A stretch of DNA of 64,000 nt from Octopus vulgaris (GCA_951406725.2 OX597817.1:5580001-5644000), one strand, 5' to 3'; positions 37,624-51,326 are shown, counted from the first letter of the stretch. The notes: generated from the letters alone by a model not told the origin. Numbers and translations are program-made.

Positions 37624-40600
37624 ATCATTATTATCTGGAGGACGGCATATGCTGGCCGAAGATTTAGAGCGTCGGTAAAATTGACATTTTTCCATCACTC
37701 TACATCGGAGCTCAAATTCCACTGAAGTGTATTTTGCATTTCGGGGCCGTTAAAATAAAATACTAGTCCAGTGATGGGGTCGATATCATCGACTACCTTC
37801 ATTTTTGAAATTTCTAGCCGTATGCCAAAATTTGAGAGAATTATATATGACGGCAAGTTGGCTTTACGGCATTTCGGCTCTGTAATTTCTGCGTTGAAAT
37901 GCCACTGATGTTAACTTCGTCGTTCACCGGAGTCAAGGCAATCGACTAAACCCCTAACTTTAAAATTGCTGGCCTTGAGCCAAAATTTGAAACCATTATT
38001 ATTTTGAACATTCTATACAACGAGCGACAAACTGATTTCTGATAGTTATACCCCTTTACATTCCAATTTCAGAAATCGCCAGTGTTGATTTTTTTCTTTT
38101 TACTTTCACTCCTTCTTCAAACTTTAAAATAAATACCAACTTATAAGTACCATGGAACGGCAGCTAAATTTGTGCCTTATAACAGATATCTTCAATAAAA
38201 AAAAATTCCCTGCGTCGCAGTCATACAACAAACGGTGAATAGGTGTCTTATATTCCTTTGTTGTGATTTTAAACCACGGCATATACCAGTTTTGCTTTCT
38301 TGGGCAATAAAATTAGCACGAGTTAATGATTAAGGTAAATATAATTGATTACATCTCTTCTTAGACCTGTGAGCTCATAGAAATAATCTAGATGGAGAAC
38401 GTGTGCAATGTAAAATTACCGTGTTTCTGTGTATACGCATGTTTGCTACTATGAGTATGTTGTTGTGTCCCCGCTTTTAAAATCGAGGCAAAGCTCCCAG
38501 CACTGCAATAGCGATCTATCTATCTGAAAATATACCTGAAAATAAACACTGTATAACTGGATGTTTGATGTCTAATTGTGTTAATGAATCCTAATTTCAT
38601 AGTTGCGGCACCCATGTATTGCACAGGCAGGGGTAGTTACAACCCCTCATATTGCGGTAACATTTCATCTATCTAGGTACGTCCGAAATAATAAACATAT
38701 CCTGTTTCTCTATAGGTTTACTTCAAGTGGAAAGGTATGAGCCTAAAAGACGATGAGATAATGTTCTAAATACGTTCGTGATGTTTCGTTCTCAGCTGGA
38801 AGCGGAAATAACGATTCAATGGAACAGCTCTCTTAAAATGTGTTGCCTCAAGGCTACGTAAGAAATCCTTTTGAGACTAGTGGATGCCAGAATCCATAAA
38901 ATGCCGTATAATATATCCTAACGCCGTCAGTTGAATTCTCTTCACGTTTCGCTCACGGATCTCTCCAATTCAACTCTGCCCTTCACTTTTCATCCCAAAT
39001 ACGTTGCAGTATATATTCTGGCTCTTTTATGTTCTCGCTTAAAATCCTACCAGTGCCAGTTTTGTTCTTAATGCTACCGAGGTCAGTAAAATAAATTACT
39101 TGTCAAAAACTAGGTTCGATGTAATCAACTAAGCCTTTCAACTGAAAAATACTGGCATTATCCGGATGTTAAAAACTATCGCTATTATTATACTAAAATC
39201 AGCATTTTGCTTTATGGCAAGCCTAGACGACGTTGTGCGCTTGGTAAACTGTTTCAACTAATTCATATCATATACACACATATCAGGTGTCTCATTTATG
39301 TAAGACTGCATTTGAAATGTAATTTAAATGTTGTTTTACACATGGGACTTTCGATTGTCTACCAGCACGCATAGTTTATGTCGCAGAGAGACTTCTCATT
39401 ACTTTTGGCTATGAACCAGCATCGCAGTAACAATTGTTATATGTATATATGTATTTATCTGTATGTAAACAAATAATCATATTCTCTAATCTGCTTTTTA
39501 TCGTCACTTGAATGCTATATCCGTTTAACTAAGTCCTTGGTGACGTGAGTATGTGTAGTATACATTGCTATCACGTTGACAACCATACCATCTGAAATGA
39601 GAAGCAAAAGAAGAAAAAAAAAACGAACTGGAATCTACAAATGAGTAAAGCAAGATAAAATGAACTAATCTTGTGTTTATCTTCTTTTAATTTCAAACAC
39701 AGCTATCTGCAAATCTCTCATCCTGGTACTCATAATCAATCTAGCACATACCGTTTATTATTAACACCGATATCACACTACCGGAAAGTCTTTCAATTCG
39801 ACTGTGTTACATTCCTGAAAATAATGTTTTACTCTGTAAAGCAAAAGCTTTTTTTTTTTTCTCGCAACGTAAAAAGGAATTTCAAGCGAGAGATTCCAAC
39901 CATCTTAATCAGCCATTGCGCTCATTAACCAATTAAGAGTTTCTGAGAGATATTCGAAATACTATTGTCTAACAATGGCACAGAGCCAAACATTTATTCC
40001 AGACAGGCGTGTAATTAACTGAATCGATTCCATGATTATGATTGGTACTTATTGTTTAACCCCAGGTTAAACCTTATCAAGCAGACTTATATGAAACTGT
40101 TTCAACTATCACCTTCCTTATTTCTAGACAATGTATTCAGAACGACAGACCAACGCTTCATGTCACTTTTCGAGATATATCATAAATTAAGAGGAGCTAT
40201 ACTGCTATTTCTAGCGGTAGCACGATCAAGTAAAGACTACCATGTGATAGGTATTTGGTTTAACTGAGATCCCACCTTGATGTTTGAGCGTGGTTTGAGT
40301 GATGTTTGGCTACTGTTTCTAGCCAGACGTGCGATAGTCTGTAGCTTCGCACCTTTGTATGTTCATAATTTGTCTAGTTATAAGTATACTTAAATCAACA
40401 TACTTGCACTCAAAATGCTAAAAGTAACATGTATTCATTGATCAGCAGCCATATTTATTTTTTAAAATGTTAAATACGAAACTAATTACATGCTGGCTCT
40501 GTATTACTTTTCTGTTATCCGTTCTATCTCCTCTCATTTAGTTTTCTCTAATTTGTTGCATCTTAATTAATCTTTCTGTCTATATAGAATATCTCTCGCT

Positions 40601-40859
40601 GGCTGTCTGTCTTTTTTATGTCTTTCTTTGTTTTGGTTGTGTTTTTTTTTATATTTAATAATATATTTTTTTAGAATTTCTTCCACTTAGATATGTTCGA
40701 ATACTTAATGGAATTCTTAATGGAACTATTGTGTATGGTCGAATATGATAATACTATTAAAATTATTATGAAAAAGTGTGTGCGCGCGCGCGTGTCGAAA
40801 CGAGTACCGGTTGTGGTAGCAGTGTGTAAAGTTTATGCATATATCTGCTTTCCATTTTT

Positions 40860-41349
40860 AATTATTTAAATTCATCTGAGGAAGGATCTCGTTTCTTAAA
40901 AGGTTACAAAGCTCCATCGCTGGAATGTAGATAACAAAAACAATTGTCACATTTTAAACTTGAGAAAAGTTTTGCATATTTTTATTGTTACACTTACAGC
41001 AGATTGTATTTGTAATGCGGTAGTTAGGCTGATTTCTTTTCTCGAATATCTTAACTTATCCAGATTGTCTTAAGCATTTACTCACAAAACCATGTACACT
41101 AATTGTTATTGGTATAAATGTGAATATATAATCTGGAGATTGGAGTTGGAGGTTTCGATGCAATTCTCCATAATTATCCTCTTTCTCTTGGTTTTTCAAG
41201 GAGACGTTCTCATCAGCAGGACGGCTGACCTCTATGACTATGCATAATTTTTCTCGTCTGCCCCACACAATATTATCACGTTTGTTAGGTTTACACTTGA
41301 CAGATGTTTTGATCAGAATGTTGCCCCAGTATTCTTTGCTTTGATGTTT
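40860..41349 (-). pseudogene. 3' end of an RLE-type non-LTR retrotransposon (R4/Dong/CRE-like) endonuclease domain
   Basis: Open frame KEYWGNILIKTSVKCKPNKRDNIVWGRREKLCIVIEVSRPADENVSLKNQEKEDNYGEL..FIPITISVHG matches the PD..IEV..K..EK..Y..PIIIG-type RLE pattern; continues as LQIQS..IKICKTFLKFKM*. Confidence 0.75.
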
Positions 41350-42274
41350 GTGTATGTATTCAATTATAAGGGTATGTATGTGTGTGTGTGTGTATGTATG
41401 TATGTACGTATGTATGTATGTATGTATGTATGTACGTATGTATGTATGTATGTATGTACGTACATACGTATGTATGTATGTATGTAGGTAGGTAAGTAAG
41501 TTGGAAGGTAGGTATGTATGTATGTACGGTTGATATGCTCGAATCGTGCTCTACTCTTATGGATGCTTGCATATGAACTATATTGTCCAGTTTATCCTTT
41601 TTGTTATGAGAGTATCGTGAGATTTGAGGCAGAGGTAACTGCTATTTCAAGAAATTCGACTGACCACATAGATATACTCGCTTATTAACTGGCGTATTGT
41701 ATACCTGTTGCACGTATGAATAGATGAGGTAAGCGTGTGTATTAGCGTCATGTGAGTGTTTGTATTCGTACATCTAGCTGATGCTTTTATAGACATAATT
41801 TTTTTCTCTTCATTCGCTTATTCTGGAGAAACAGAGTGAACCGATGACCTTCGCAAAACGCCTGTGACCCCAGCAAAATCAATGTTGTTAACATTCCTGT
41901 TTAAAAGGTTGAACGTCAAATGCTACTGGGAAAATATATGTAAAGATGGATAGCCAAAGGGTTGAAATTCTGTGGAGGTTGATCTAGGCGTAGTAGTTAT
42001 TGCGGTGCTAAGAAGGGGCATAATATGTAAGACAAGAAGAGGATGAGCTGCGAATGCTCGAGGAAAAATAGCATAAGACCACCTTCAAAGATCCGCGCTC
42101 TCTTTTGTAAAGAAAAGGTCAAGAAAATGTATTTACTGGATATACCTATGTGTATCCATTGGTAAAAGTGCATAAATTCTGTCAATTAGCCACTGTGGGA
42201 CCCACTATGAAGTCACTCAACCTGCTGGAAATTGCAGTTAAATTTCCTTCGTCAAATCACATAATTTTAGAATA

Positions 42275-42507
42275 GGGCGGCGAGCTGGCAGAAACGTTAG
42301 CACGCCGGGCGAAATGCGTAGCCGTATTTCGTCTGTCGTTACGTTCTGAGTTCAAATTCCGCCGTGGTCGACTTTGCCTTTCATCCTTTCGGGGTCGATA
42401 AATAAAGTACCAGTTTCCCAACTGGAGTTGATGTAATCGACTTAATTCCTTTGTCTGTCCGTGTTTGTCCCCTCTATGTTTAGTCCCTTGTGGGCAGTAA
42501 AGAAATA
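42275..42507 (+). mobile_element. SINE family 1, full length
   Basis: TSD ACATAATTTTAGAATAGG on both sides. Confidence 0.9.
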
Positions 42508-44169
42508 CATAATTTTAGAATAGGATAAACGGGATACTGTCATCCTGGATTCTTTGCATACAGAGAAAAGATGAGATGGTCACGGCTGGAATATCTTTGG
42601 TCTTAACTCTTTTTGATCAAGGCTGACCGGGAACTGAACTGCAACTGTTTGTGTGCTCTTATGTGCTTTCGTACATTATGTGTGTTTCTCTCTTTTTCTT
42701 TCTCCCCTCTCTCTCTCCTCTCTCTGTTTCTATCTGTCTATCTGACTCTCTCTTTCTCTCTGGTGTATGTGTTTGTTGAGATGAGGTTGTGTGTCTTATT
42801 TTTTTATCCATCAGTTCTTGGCTCCCTCGTAAAATCAACACCAAATTGTCCGTTACTAAAACTAGTACAGTACCACCACTACTATTCACAAGTACAAACA
42901 TATATAATAATAATAATAATAATAATAAACAAGATTTGCAGCATGTAAATGGTGATGGGTTGGAGGCATAGATTAGTATTGTTAGACAAACAACGAAAAG
43001 GTTCTGAAATATCCTCTTGACCTATTTCTTAAGGAGATGAGGGCCTTACCAAAATCTGTTTATTAACGCTTCTGCAGTCACCAATATCACAACTTGCTGC
43101 CACCAACACCTCCAACACCATCTCAGCTACAGCTAGGAACAATAACATCCACAATAATCGATATTGCTGGTGCAGCATTGCAATGGTTTGTTAAAGCCGA
43201 ATGGCCGACTTCATACAGTATTGTACCACCAATTCATAGTGTGTTAAGTCACATCTCCTGTTGGACAATTCTTTGAACATTGCCTTAATTTTCGCAACAC
43301 AACTTCTGGGAACTTACTTTTGAGTACCTGGTGTCATATTCAAATGCAAGCTATAGGTCTAGGGAGTGTCCTTCTCTCTCTCTCTCCTTTTCTATCTCTC
43401 ACCTTTACGCTAGAGAAAACGAGAGATTCTATACGGTCACACGATCTCCTAGAAATAGCGACTAAATCTTCGTCAAATTGTGCATTTTCTTTCTTCAAAA
43501 TCTATGATATTTCATCCACTATCTATCTAAAAAAAAAAAAAAAAAAAAGACGAGATGAAGACGGTTAGAACGTATTTTAAAGATAGGCTTGATCGGTCAG
43601 GGATAACTTAATATTTGAACAACAGAAGCAACCAATTTCAAGTCTTAATATGTCAAAACCTCGGATGTGTCGTGTCAAGTGATGAATTAATGTAACCAGA
43701 TGTTGGTGCTTCGAAGTCGCAGTTCAGTTGATTTTATGTATTGTATCCCGCTGAGGGAATTACACTTTTACTCTACCGGGATTTGTAACATTATTGAGTC
43801 TCCTGAGCATTGATAATTTCATTATATTGCCACGCAACTCACTGACTCTGTACCTGTGTAAGGCATCAGTAGAAGTGACATACAGGAGAATGCTAGCTGC
43901 GTCAGAATCGACTTACACAAATGATATTTCACCTCATTCTTCGTGAAAACGCTTTCACTTTCTTTGAGAACTTGAGGGAAAAGCATGAAGGACATTCACT
44001 CTCATTTTTCTGTTTAAAATTGCTCCTAAGCAACAAATTGGGTTTGTGTCCATGTGTATTGCTACTAGTACGTCGTCGTAGCTATTTAGTTGAAGTCTAC
44101 TAATTTGAACTGTCAAAGTCTGGAGTAGCTTCGGCGTAGTGGTTAGAACATCGATATGTTTTTCGCAAA

Positions 44170-44402
44170 GGCGGCGAGCTGGCAGACACGTTATCGCGCC
44201 GGGCGGAATGCTTAACGGTATTTCGTCTGTCGTTACGTTCTGAGTTCAAATTCCGCCGTGGTCGACTTTGCCTTTCATACTTTCGGGGTCGATAAAATAA
44301 AAGTACCAGTTTCGCACTGGGGTCGATGTAATCGACTTAATTTCTTTGTCTGTCCTTGTTTCTCCTCTCTATGTTTAGCCCCTTGTGGGCAGTAAAGAAA
44401 TA
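44170..44402 (+). mobile_element. SINE family 1, full length
   Basis: TSD ATATGTTTTTCGCAAA on both sides; short (TA)n at the tail. Confidence 0.9.
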
Positions 44403-44474
44403 TATATATATATGTTTTTCGCAAATGTAGCACTTCAAACAGCGTAGGTGGTGTTACAATTTTTTCCCAACTTA

Positions 44475-44524
<50 letters not shown>

Positions 44525-44525
44525 T

Positions 44526-44556
<31 letters not shown>

Positions 44557-45099
44557 CACGCACATGCTCATATAATATAAATACACGTGTGTGTGTATTT
44601 GTTTGCTTTCTCTGTAGAAGTTCGAAATGTTTCGATTCCTAGTTTAGAAAGATAGAAATTTTAATGGAGAATTTTTATGGCCCTTTTTTTTCTCTCCCCA
44701 CCCTACCGTCTATTGCGTATGACATTGACTACATACCCCTTAACTGAGCAAACTTCTTACCACCACCCCATTTGAATATATTTCCCTAAGTTCATCCTTA
44801 TTCACCACGCTTCTTCCAGTAATATTTTCGTTGTTGTTGACGGTTGACCCAAGGTCATCTCTACTGAAAAAACCTTTTAACCGGAACCATCCTATCTCAA
44901 TTTATTTTTCTCCAGACATAATACACTCAAGGATTTCATTATCGAATGTTTCGGTGCTTGTATTAGACACTAGAATGTGATTTTTAACGAGTTTTAGTAA
45001 CTATGTCTAGCAATTGTAGTGACTGTGTATTGGCCTGGTAGGATCGGTAAGGGTGTCGCACAAAATGCAGATTCAGCAACATAGGGATTCCCATCCTTA

Positions 45100-45755
45100 C
45101 AACCTACCACCACCACCACTACTGCTGTTTCAACTGCTATTACTACTACTACTAATTATAATCAAATTTTATCCCTCCCCCCACTCAACCCTTGTTCAGT
45201 TTTACGTATTAACTTGTGCAACACAACGGCCTTTACATATCGCTGACATTTCCCCCAACCCTTTACCTTATCCCCCCACTGTGATTTTAATCATTCCACC
45301 CCTTTTTCCTCTTCCATTGCGTGCCCCCACAACTACTGGGCACTACTTACTCCCACTATTCCTCTTCTCCCCGTGATCCTTTCTCATCTCTCCCTCCTGC
45401 TTCCCTTTGCCTCCACTTCGCTATTCCTTTTACCAGCCTTTTTCCCCCCCATCAACATTTTCTCTTACTACTGCTCTCCTAAATCACCTCACACTCCCTC
45501 CTTTTCTTCCTTCCTGCTTTCTTACTCCCCACCTCTTTGCTTCTAATCCTCCTACCACATCAATCCACCAATCCTCCTACTGTTTTTCATCCCTCGGCAT
45601 TTCTTCCTACCACTATCCTTGGTCCCCTCCTCCCCCCTCCTCAATCCTTCTCCCTCACACTCACTCTCCTTTACAGTTTTACTTTAAATTGAAGTCGTTC
45701 TCATCAATGGATTCGTGTATGAGTGTGTGCGTGTATATGTCTGTATTTGCGTGTA

Positions 45756-45786
<31 letters not shown>

Positions 45787-46328
45787 AGGAAATGTGAAGT
45801 CAGTATAGATTCTAGTTTCGTTTCTTATACGGGTACAAGCACACACGCATATACGTACACTGAGTTCTAACAGAAATTCACTCGCGCGCGCACACACTCG
45901 TACATATATGAAACGCTACACGCGCACACACACACACACACAACATGCACATAGATAATCAGTAATGAAAATCCACTCACATGGACATACACGCGCGCAC
46001 ATGGCTTCGTAGGAACTTCCACACATCCATTAAGAAACAGTGGAGGCCGCATACATACACAACCACTGTCGTTACACATGGATACGTAGACATAACCACT
46101 CACAGAAATAAACGCACGCATGCGCATACACACAAGACAGGAGGAAGACGCATACATAGAAATAAACTGAAATTTCACAAATGCACGAAGGCATGATTGC
46201 AAATATGTATCAGCATATATACACACATATACATGGATCCACTCACATTGATCTCTCTATCTCTCTATCTTTATTTCATCCCTGATTCTTTCTCTCCTCT
46301 TGTTCACACTTCTGTTCCCCCTCTCCCT

Positions 46329-46363
<35 letters not shown>

Positions 46364-46638
46364 CCTTGCCCAATCTTTATTTCTCTTTATTGTTTTCTTT
46401 TTTCCTTTCTCAGCTATTTTTCCCGTTCGTTCTTGTCTCTTCCCATATCTCTTCCCCCCACCACCACCACCACCATATTCTTCCTCTCCTATCTTTATCA
46501 TCGTTCCCCTTCCTCCTCTTTTTATCCCTCTCCCCTTATTTTTATTTTTATCTCTCTTCATTTAGTTATTTCCCTTTCGGTTTCCTTCTTTTATCCCCCG
46601 CTCTCTTTCTCCTTAATGTGTTCTCATCTATCTTATTG

Positions 46639-46678
<40 letters not shown>

Positions 46679-48010
46679 CTCCCCTCTTGCCCTCTCCTCC
46701 CCCTCCTCATTCATCCTCTGTCATCCATTCTCTTGCAGTTTCTCGATCCAATGCACACATGCGCGAAGATGCATAGTTATCCCTACTAAATTTGCCCGAG
46801 TGAGTGAGAGTGAGTAAACGATCGAACGGCAGTGGATTGGTTGGAGGCGGAGAAGTATGGGGGTAGAGGAGGAGGAGGTGTGGAGAGTAGCGATGCGACT
46901 GTTTGATAGTAATAAAAGTGTGGTTGTACGAGAAAGTTCTGGGTAGCAGTTACGTTAATGACGATGGCGATGGCGAAGGGGATTATGATGGCGATCATCA
47001 TTATCAATATAATTGTTTATTGAGCTAATAGGTTGGCGCCGGTGGTGGTGCTGATGTCAGTAACAAGAGGCAGGTAATGGCAGGATTGGCAGTAATGTTT
47101 GAGCTGTTAGTATTTGATCCTTAATATTTGATCCACGAAAAGCAGACCGCTATTTTACAATAGCGGTCTCGCTTTCGTGGCGATGGTTGAGGCGCTTGTA
47201 AAAGGAGTAGCGGTGGTAGTAACTTTTATAGTATTACTGGTGGTAGTGAGTGTGGTTTTGGTAGTAGTTTTCCTAAAGTTGGCATTGGATCTAGCTAATC
47301 ATTGTTGTTGATAAATAAAAAAAAAGAGAGAGGGAGAGAGTGAGAGAGAAAAGGGTGCAGGTAGTAATGTCGGTTGATTTATAGGCGGTTGTAGTGGATC
47401 TCTTTTTTATGCTGATGGTAATGGCGGCGGGGCTCGTGTTGGTGGTAGGTGTGACGGTGGTAGTGGTGGTGGTGCTTGTATTAGTGGTAGTGATGGCGGC
47501 GACGTATGTGTTGGTGGTGCTTGTGTTTGCGGTGGAAAGATAGGAGTGTTAATACAGTAAGGGGGGGGGGGAAGAGTGGAGAGAGGATAAAAAAAAAGAA
47601 CACAGGATAAAGGGTGGGCGAGGAGGAATTAGACAGACGGGTGGTGCAAGAAAGGTGGAGGAAGAGAGAAAAGGTGGGATCTACCAACAGGCAGAGTAAA
47701 GGGTGGGGATAGGCAAATGAAAGGGGAGAATTCATCATCCAAACCAACGGGAGGAGGAGAATGTGAGGGGAGGAGGATGTGAAATAAAGACTTCTAAGGT
47801 GGAGAGATGATAAAAGCTGTTATAGAAAAGGAAAAAGGAGAGGAGAGAAGGGCAGTAGAGGAAAAAGTAGTAATAATGAGTAAGGGAGTTGCAAAGAGGG
47901 GGAGGAAATGAGATAGAAATAGTATTTCTATAATTTGAGGAGTAGCTAGAGGAATTTGCAGAACGTAGGTGGAGGGCGGTGTCACTGTCATCACTGGCAG
48001 GTAGGGGAGG
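45100..48010. other. Low-complexity block: C/T-rich on + strand up to about 46740, G-rich and G/A-rich after about 46800
   Basis: Pyrimidine tracts 45300-45680 and 46250-46740; (GGT)-rich 46850-47530; G/A-rich 47560-48010. Confidence 0.8.
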
Positions 48011-48088
48011 GGTAAATTACTGCACATTGGTCTTGCAGTTTCTGTGTGCAGCTGCAATGTAATTTGCTTAGATCATGGATTGTAACAG

Positions 48089-48119
<31 letters not shown>

Positions 48120-48851
48120 TCGAGATGTTTATGAATGTGTATTTCTCGCTGAGCATGTGAACAGCCCTCCATGTGCTTCGGTGTATGTGTGTGCAGTGAT
48201 GTTTGATGTTGTGCAATTGAATTATGTGCGCTGCAGCTTGTAATGCAGTTGGCTATCAATTACTGCATATTGGTCTTGCAGTTAAATTCCATGTGCTGCT
48301 TTAATATAAGTTTCGTTGCTGTTTAGCCCCCGGCCTGTTCAGATTGAGAAGAACTATGATTAAAAACGTTCCTCTTATGACCTTCCCATCTAATTTTCTT
48401 TTTTTCTCTCTTTTGTCAAAAGCTACATTTTCTGGTGTATCTTTCGTTATTATCTAATACATACACTTGAATGAGATTTTGGGAAATTTGGTTGCTATAT
48501 CTAGCAGATCTAGCGGCCATGTAGTGACTCATTCGTTAACTCGCTTTGGTTATTTAAAACATCACTGTAAATATATACAGATATACTCAAACTTAAATAT
48601 ACACATACATAATTCAGGGCATATAAAAACATAGTGTATGGACACACAGACATACGAAAACATAATAAATGCAACATTCAGGTAGATCTCTATGTACAAA
48701 GAGTCATAATCAAAGAGACTTGAATGGTAATACTGAAATATGGCCGCCATAAATGTTACACATCTCGAAGGAACCCGACCACGTCTCGTGCAGATGACAC
48801 CATTGAGCGATTCTGCGATATGGTTCTCTTGAAAAAATGAGTGGTTAGTGA

Positions 48852-49249
48852 TTACTCTTTTACTCTTTTACTTGTTTCAGTCATTTGACTGCGGCCATGC
48901 TGGAGCACCGCCTTTAGTCGAGCAACTCGACTCCGGGACTTATTCTTTGTAAGCCTAGTACTTATTCTATCGGTCTCTTTTGCCGAACCGCTAAGTGACG
49001 GGGACATAAACACACCAGCATCGGTTGTCAAGCAATGCTAGGGAGACAAACACAAACATACACGCATACATATATATACATATATACGACGGGCTTCTTT
49101 CAGTTTCCGTCTACCAAATCCACTCACAAGGCTTTGGACGGCCCGAAGCTATAGTAGAAGACACTTGCCCAAGGTGCCACGCAGTGGGACTGAACCTGGA
49201 ACCATGTGGTTGGTAAACAAGCTACTTACCACACAGCCACTCCTGCGCC
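48852..49249 (-). mobile_element. SINE family 3, full length
   Basis: Near-identical to 52230-52641. Confidence 0.9.
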
Positions 49250-49269
49250 TAAGTATTTTATGTAATAAC

Positions 49270-49865
49270 TGGCTGTGTAGTAAGAAGCTTGCTTCCCAAC
49301 CACATGGGTCCGGGTTCAGTCCCATTGCGTGTATCTGTATTTGCCCCTACCCCCACTTCCATCAGTGCTTGACAACCGATGCTAGCGTGTTTACGTTCTC
49401 TTAACTTAGCTGTTCGGCAAAAGACCCGATAGAATAAGTTCTAGGCTTACAAAGAATAAGTCCTGGAGGCACATGGCCTAGTGGTTAGAGCAGCAGACTC
49501 GCAGTCGAGGGATCGCGGATTCGAATCTAAAACCGGGCGATGTGTGTGTTTGTGAATGAAACACCTAAGCTCCACGCGGCTCCGGCTGAAGGTAATGGTG
49601 AACTTCTGCTGACTCTTTCGCCACAAGTTTCTCTCACTCTTTCCTCCAGCATCTTGCAGCTCACCTGCGACGGACCGGCGTCCCGTTCAGGTGGGGAACC
49701 TATACGCCAAGGAAACCGGGAAACCGGCCCTTATGAGCCAGGCATGGCTCGAGAAGGAACAAACAACAACAAAGAATAAGTCCTGGGGTGTCGATTTGTT
49801 CGACTAAAGGCGGTGCTCCAGTATGGCTGAAGTCAAATGACTGAAACAAGTAAAGGAAATAAAAG
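49270..49865 (+). mobile_element. Internally deleted SINE family 3 interrupted by a family 4 SINE
   Basis: Head TGGCTGTGTAGTAAGAAGCTTG; tail resumes after 49786 with TCGATTTGTTCGACTAAAGGCGGTGCTCCAG. Confidence 0.85.
49465..49770 (+). mobile_element. SINE family 4, nested
   Basis: TSD AAAGAATAAGTCCTGG at 49451-49466 and 49771-49786; (AAC)n tail. Confidence 0.9.
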
Positions 49866-50861
49866 AAAAATACTTGTTTATAATAAAGTTTGTGCAAGCT
49901 GGGATGCAGACAATTCAAAATTATAACAATATCGTTTCGAATTCTGCCCACGACCTTAGGATTGCTGTGGTAACGAAGATGATACGTTGGAGAAAGAAAA
50001 CTGACTTTTGTCATTGGATAAAACTCTACAAGTCGGTTAGTAAATAAAACCCAGAGTATAGAATGGAAACATCTGCAGTCGCCGGTCAGAGAAAGTTCAA
50101 AACCCGACCAACAGTTAGAATGGCGATACTGACGAGTCGTGAGTCAATATCAGAGCGTTATCGAGAGAAGACCCGAATAGTAAAGGGCTCGTTATAGCGA
50201 AATGCTATAACTTCTGTCATATTATTGCCCACGTCGTGGGGATTCCCCATAGTAATTTGCCCATATTCCTAACTCCTTTCGATTATTACCTGTGCGCCTA
50301 TGTAAGATGCCTTAAGTGGTAGTCGATTTGTCACGGATGAAGTGAAGGACGTAATACACTATGTCCCTTATTTCTCAACCAAAAGTGAATTTTCATGAAG
50401 GCGTGCTCCTGTGAAAAAAGTGGAACATAAAAAGCAAGGGGCTTATGTCGAAAAATTACTGACCCGTATTTTCAAGAACTTTCCTAAACATTAAAAAAAG
50501 GAAGGGCAAGAAACTAATTACTGGAATGTTGCTCTCTTTAGAAGTAAATAGAAGATTGAACGACCTTGGTTAAAGTAATTAAAAAGGCAATTTAAATCAG
50601 GTTTCGAGATCAAATCTACATCTTAGTGACCCGAAGGATATCACATCTGCTGACCTGCACGCACTTAATTTTTCTGCCCAAAGGAAAATATTTGTGCTTT
50701 GTTTATAACTAATGACTCACAAGCATTTGTACATATAAACTGTGGTCATGAGAGATTAGCTACTTAAATCAGCATTGTAGCCGTGGTATGGTTGTAAGCG
50801 TTTGCAAATAAGGATACTTGCCTGTGTATGTATGTAAATAAAGATTATTTGCGCTGTGTAT

Positions 50862-50894
<33 letters not shown>

Positions 50895-51261
50895 ATAAGG
50901 ATGGGTTTGCAAATACACATATATGAGAGAGAGAGAGAGAAATGTTGTATTTGCGTATGTATATGTTAGAAGTGAGGTATTTGTCTAATTATATAAAAGT
51001 GTGCGATTGATTATGTACGTTTGTGGCTGCGTGTGTATTTCTGCATGCATGTTTGCGTCTGGGTGTGTGGCTATAGTTTATATCTGGATATGTGGCTGCA
51101 GCAGCAATGTTGAGATGACATTGTGCAATAAGAATGTCTATGCAACTGCAAAGTAAATTGCTTGGCTCCATATTGTAGCTTTGTGTGTGTGTGTGTATGA
51201 GTGTGTCACTTGTGTATCACGATATAAAGCTAGGTTTGTACGTTGTCGATTCAGAAGTGTT

Positions 51262-51326
<65 letters not shown>

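Noticed and set aside
40876-40900. CTGAGGA-AGGA..TTCT-TAAA hammerhead-like motif
   Set aside because: GAAA box missing; lies antisense in the 3' UTR of the RLE LINE fragment
45053-48057. Pro/Ser/Leu/Phe-rich ORFs
   Set aside because: Translations of pyrimidine tracts and microsatellites
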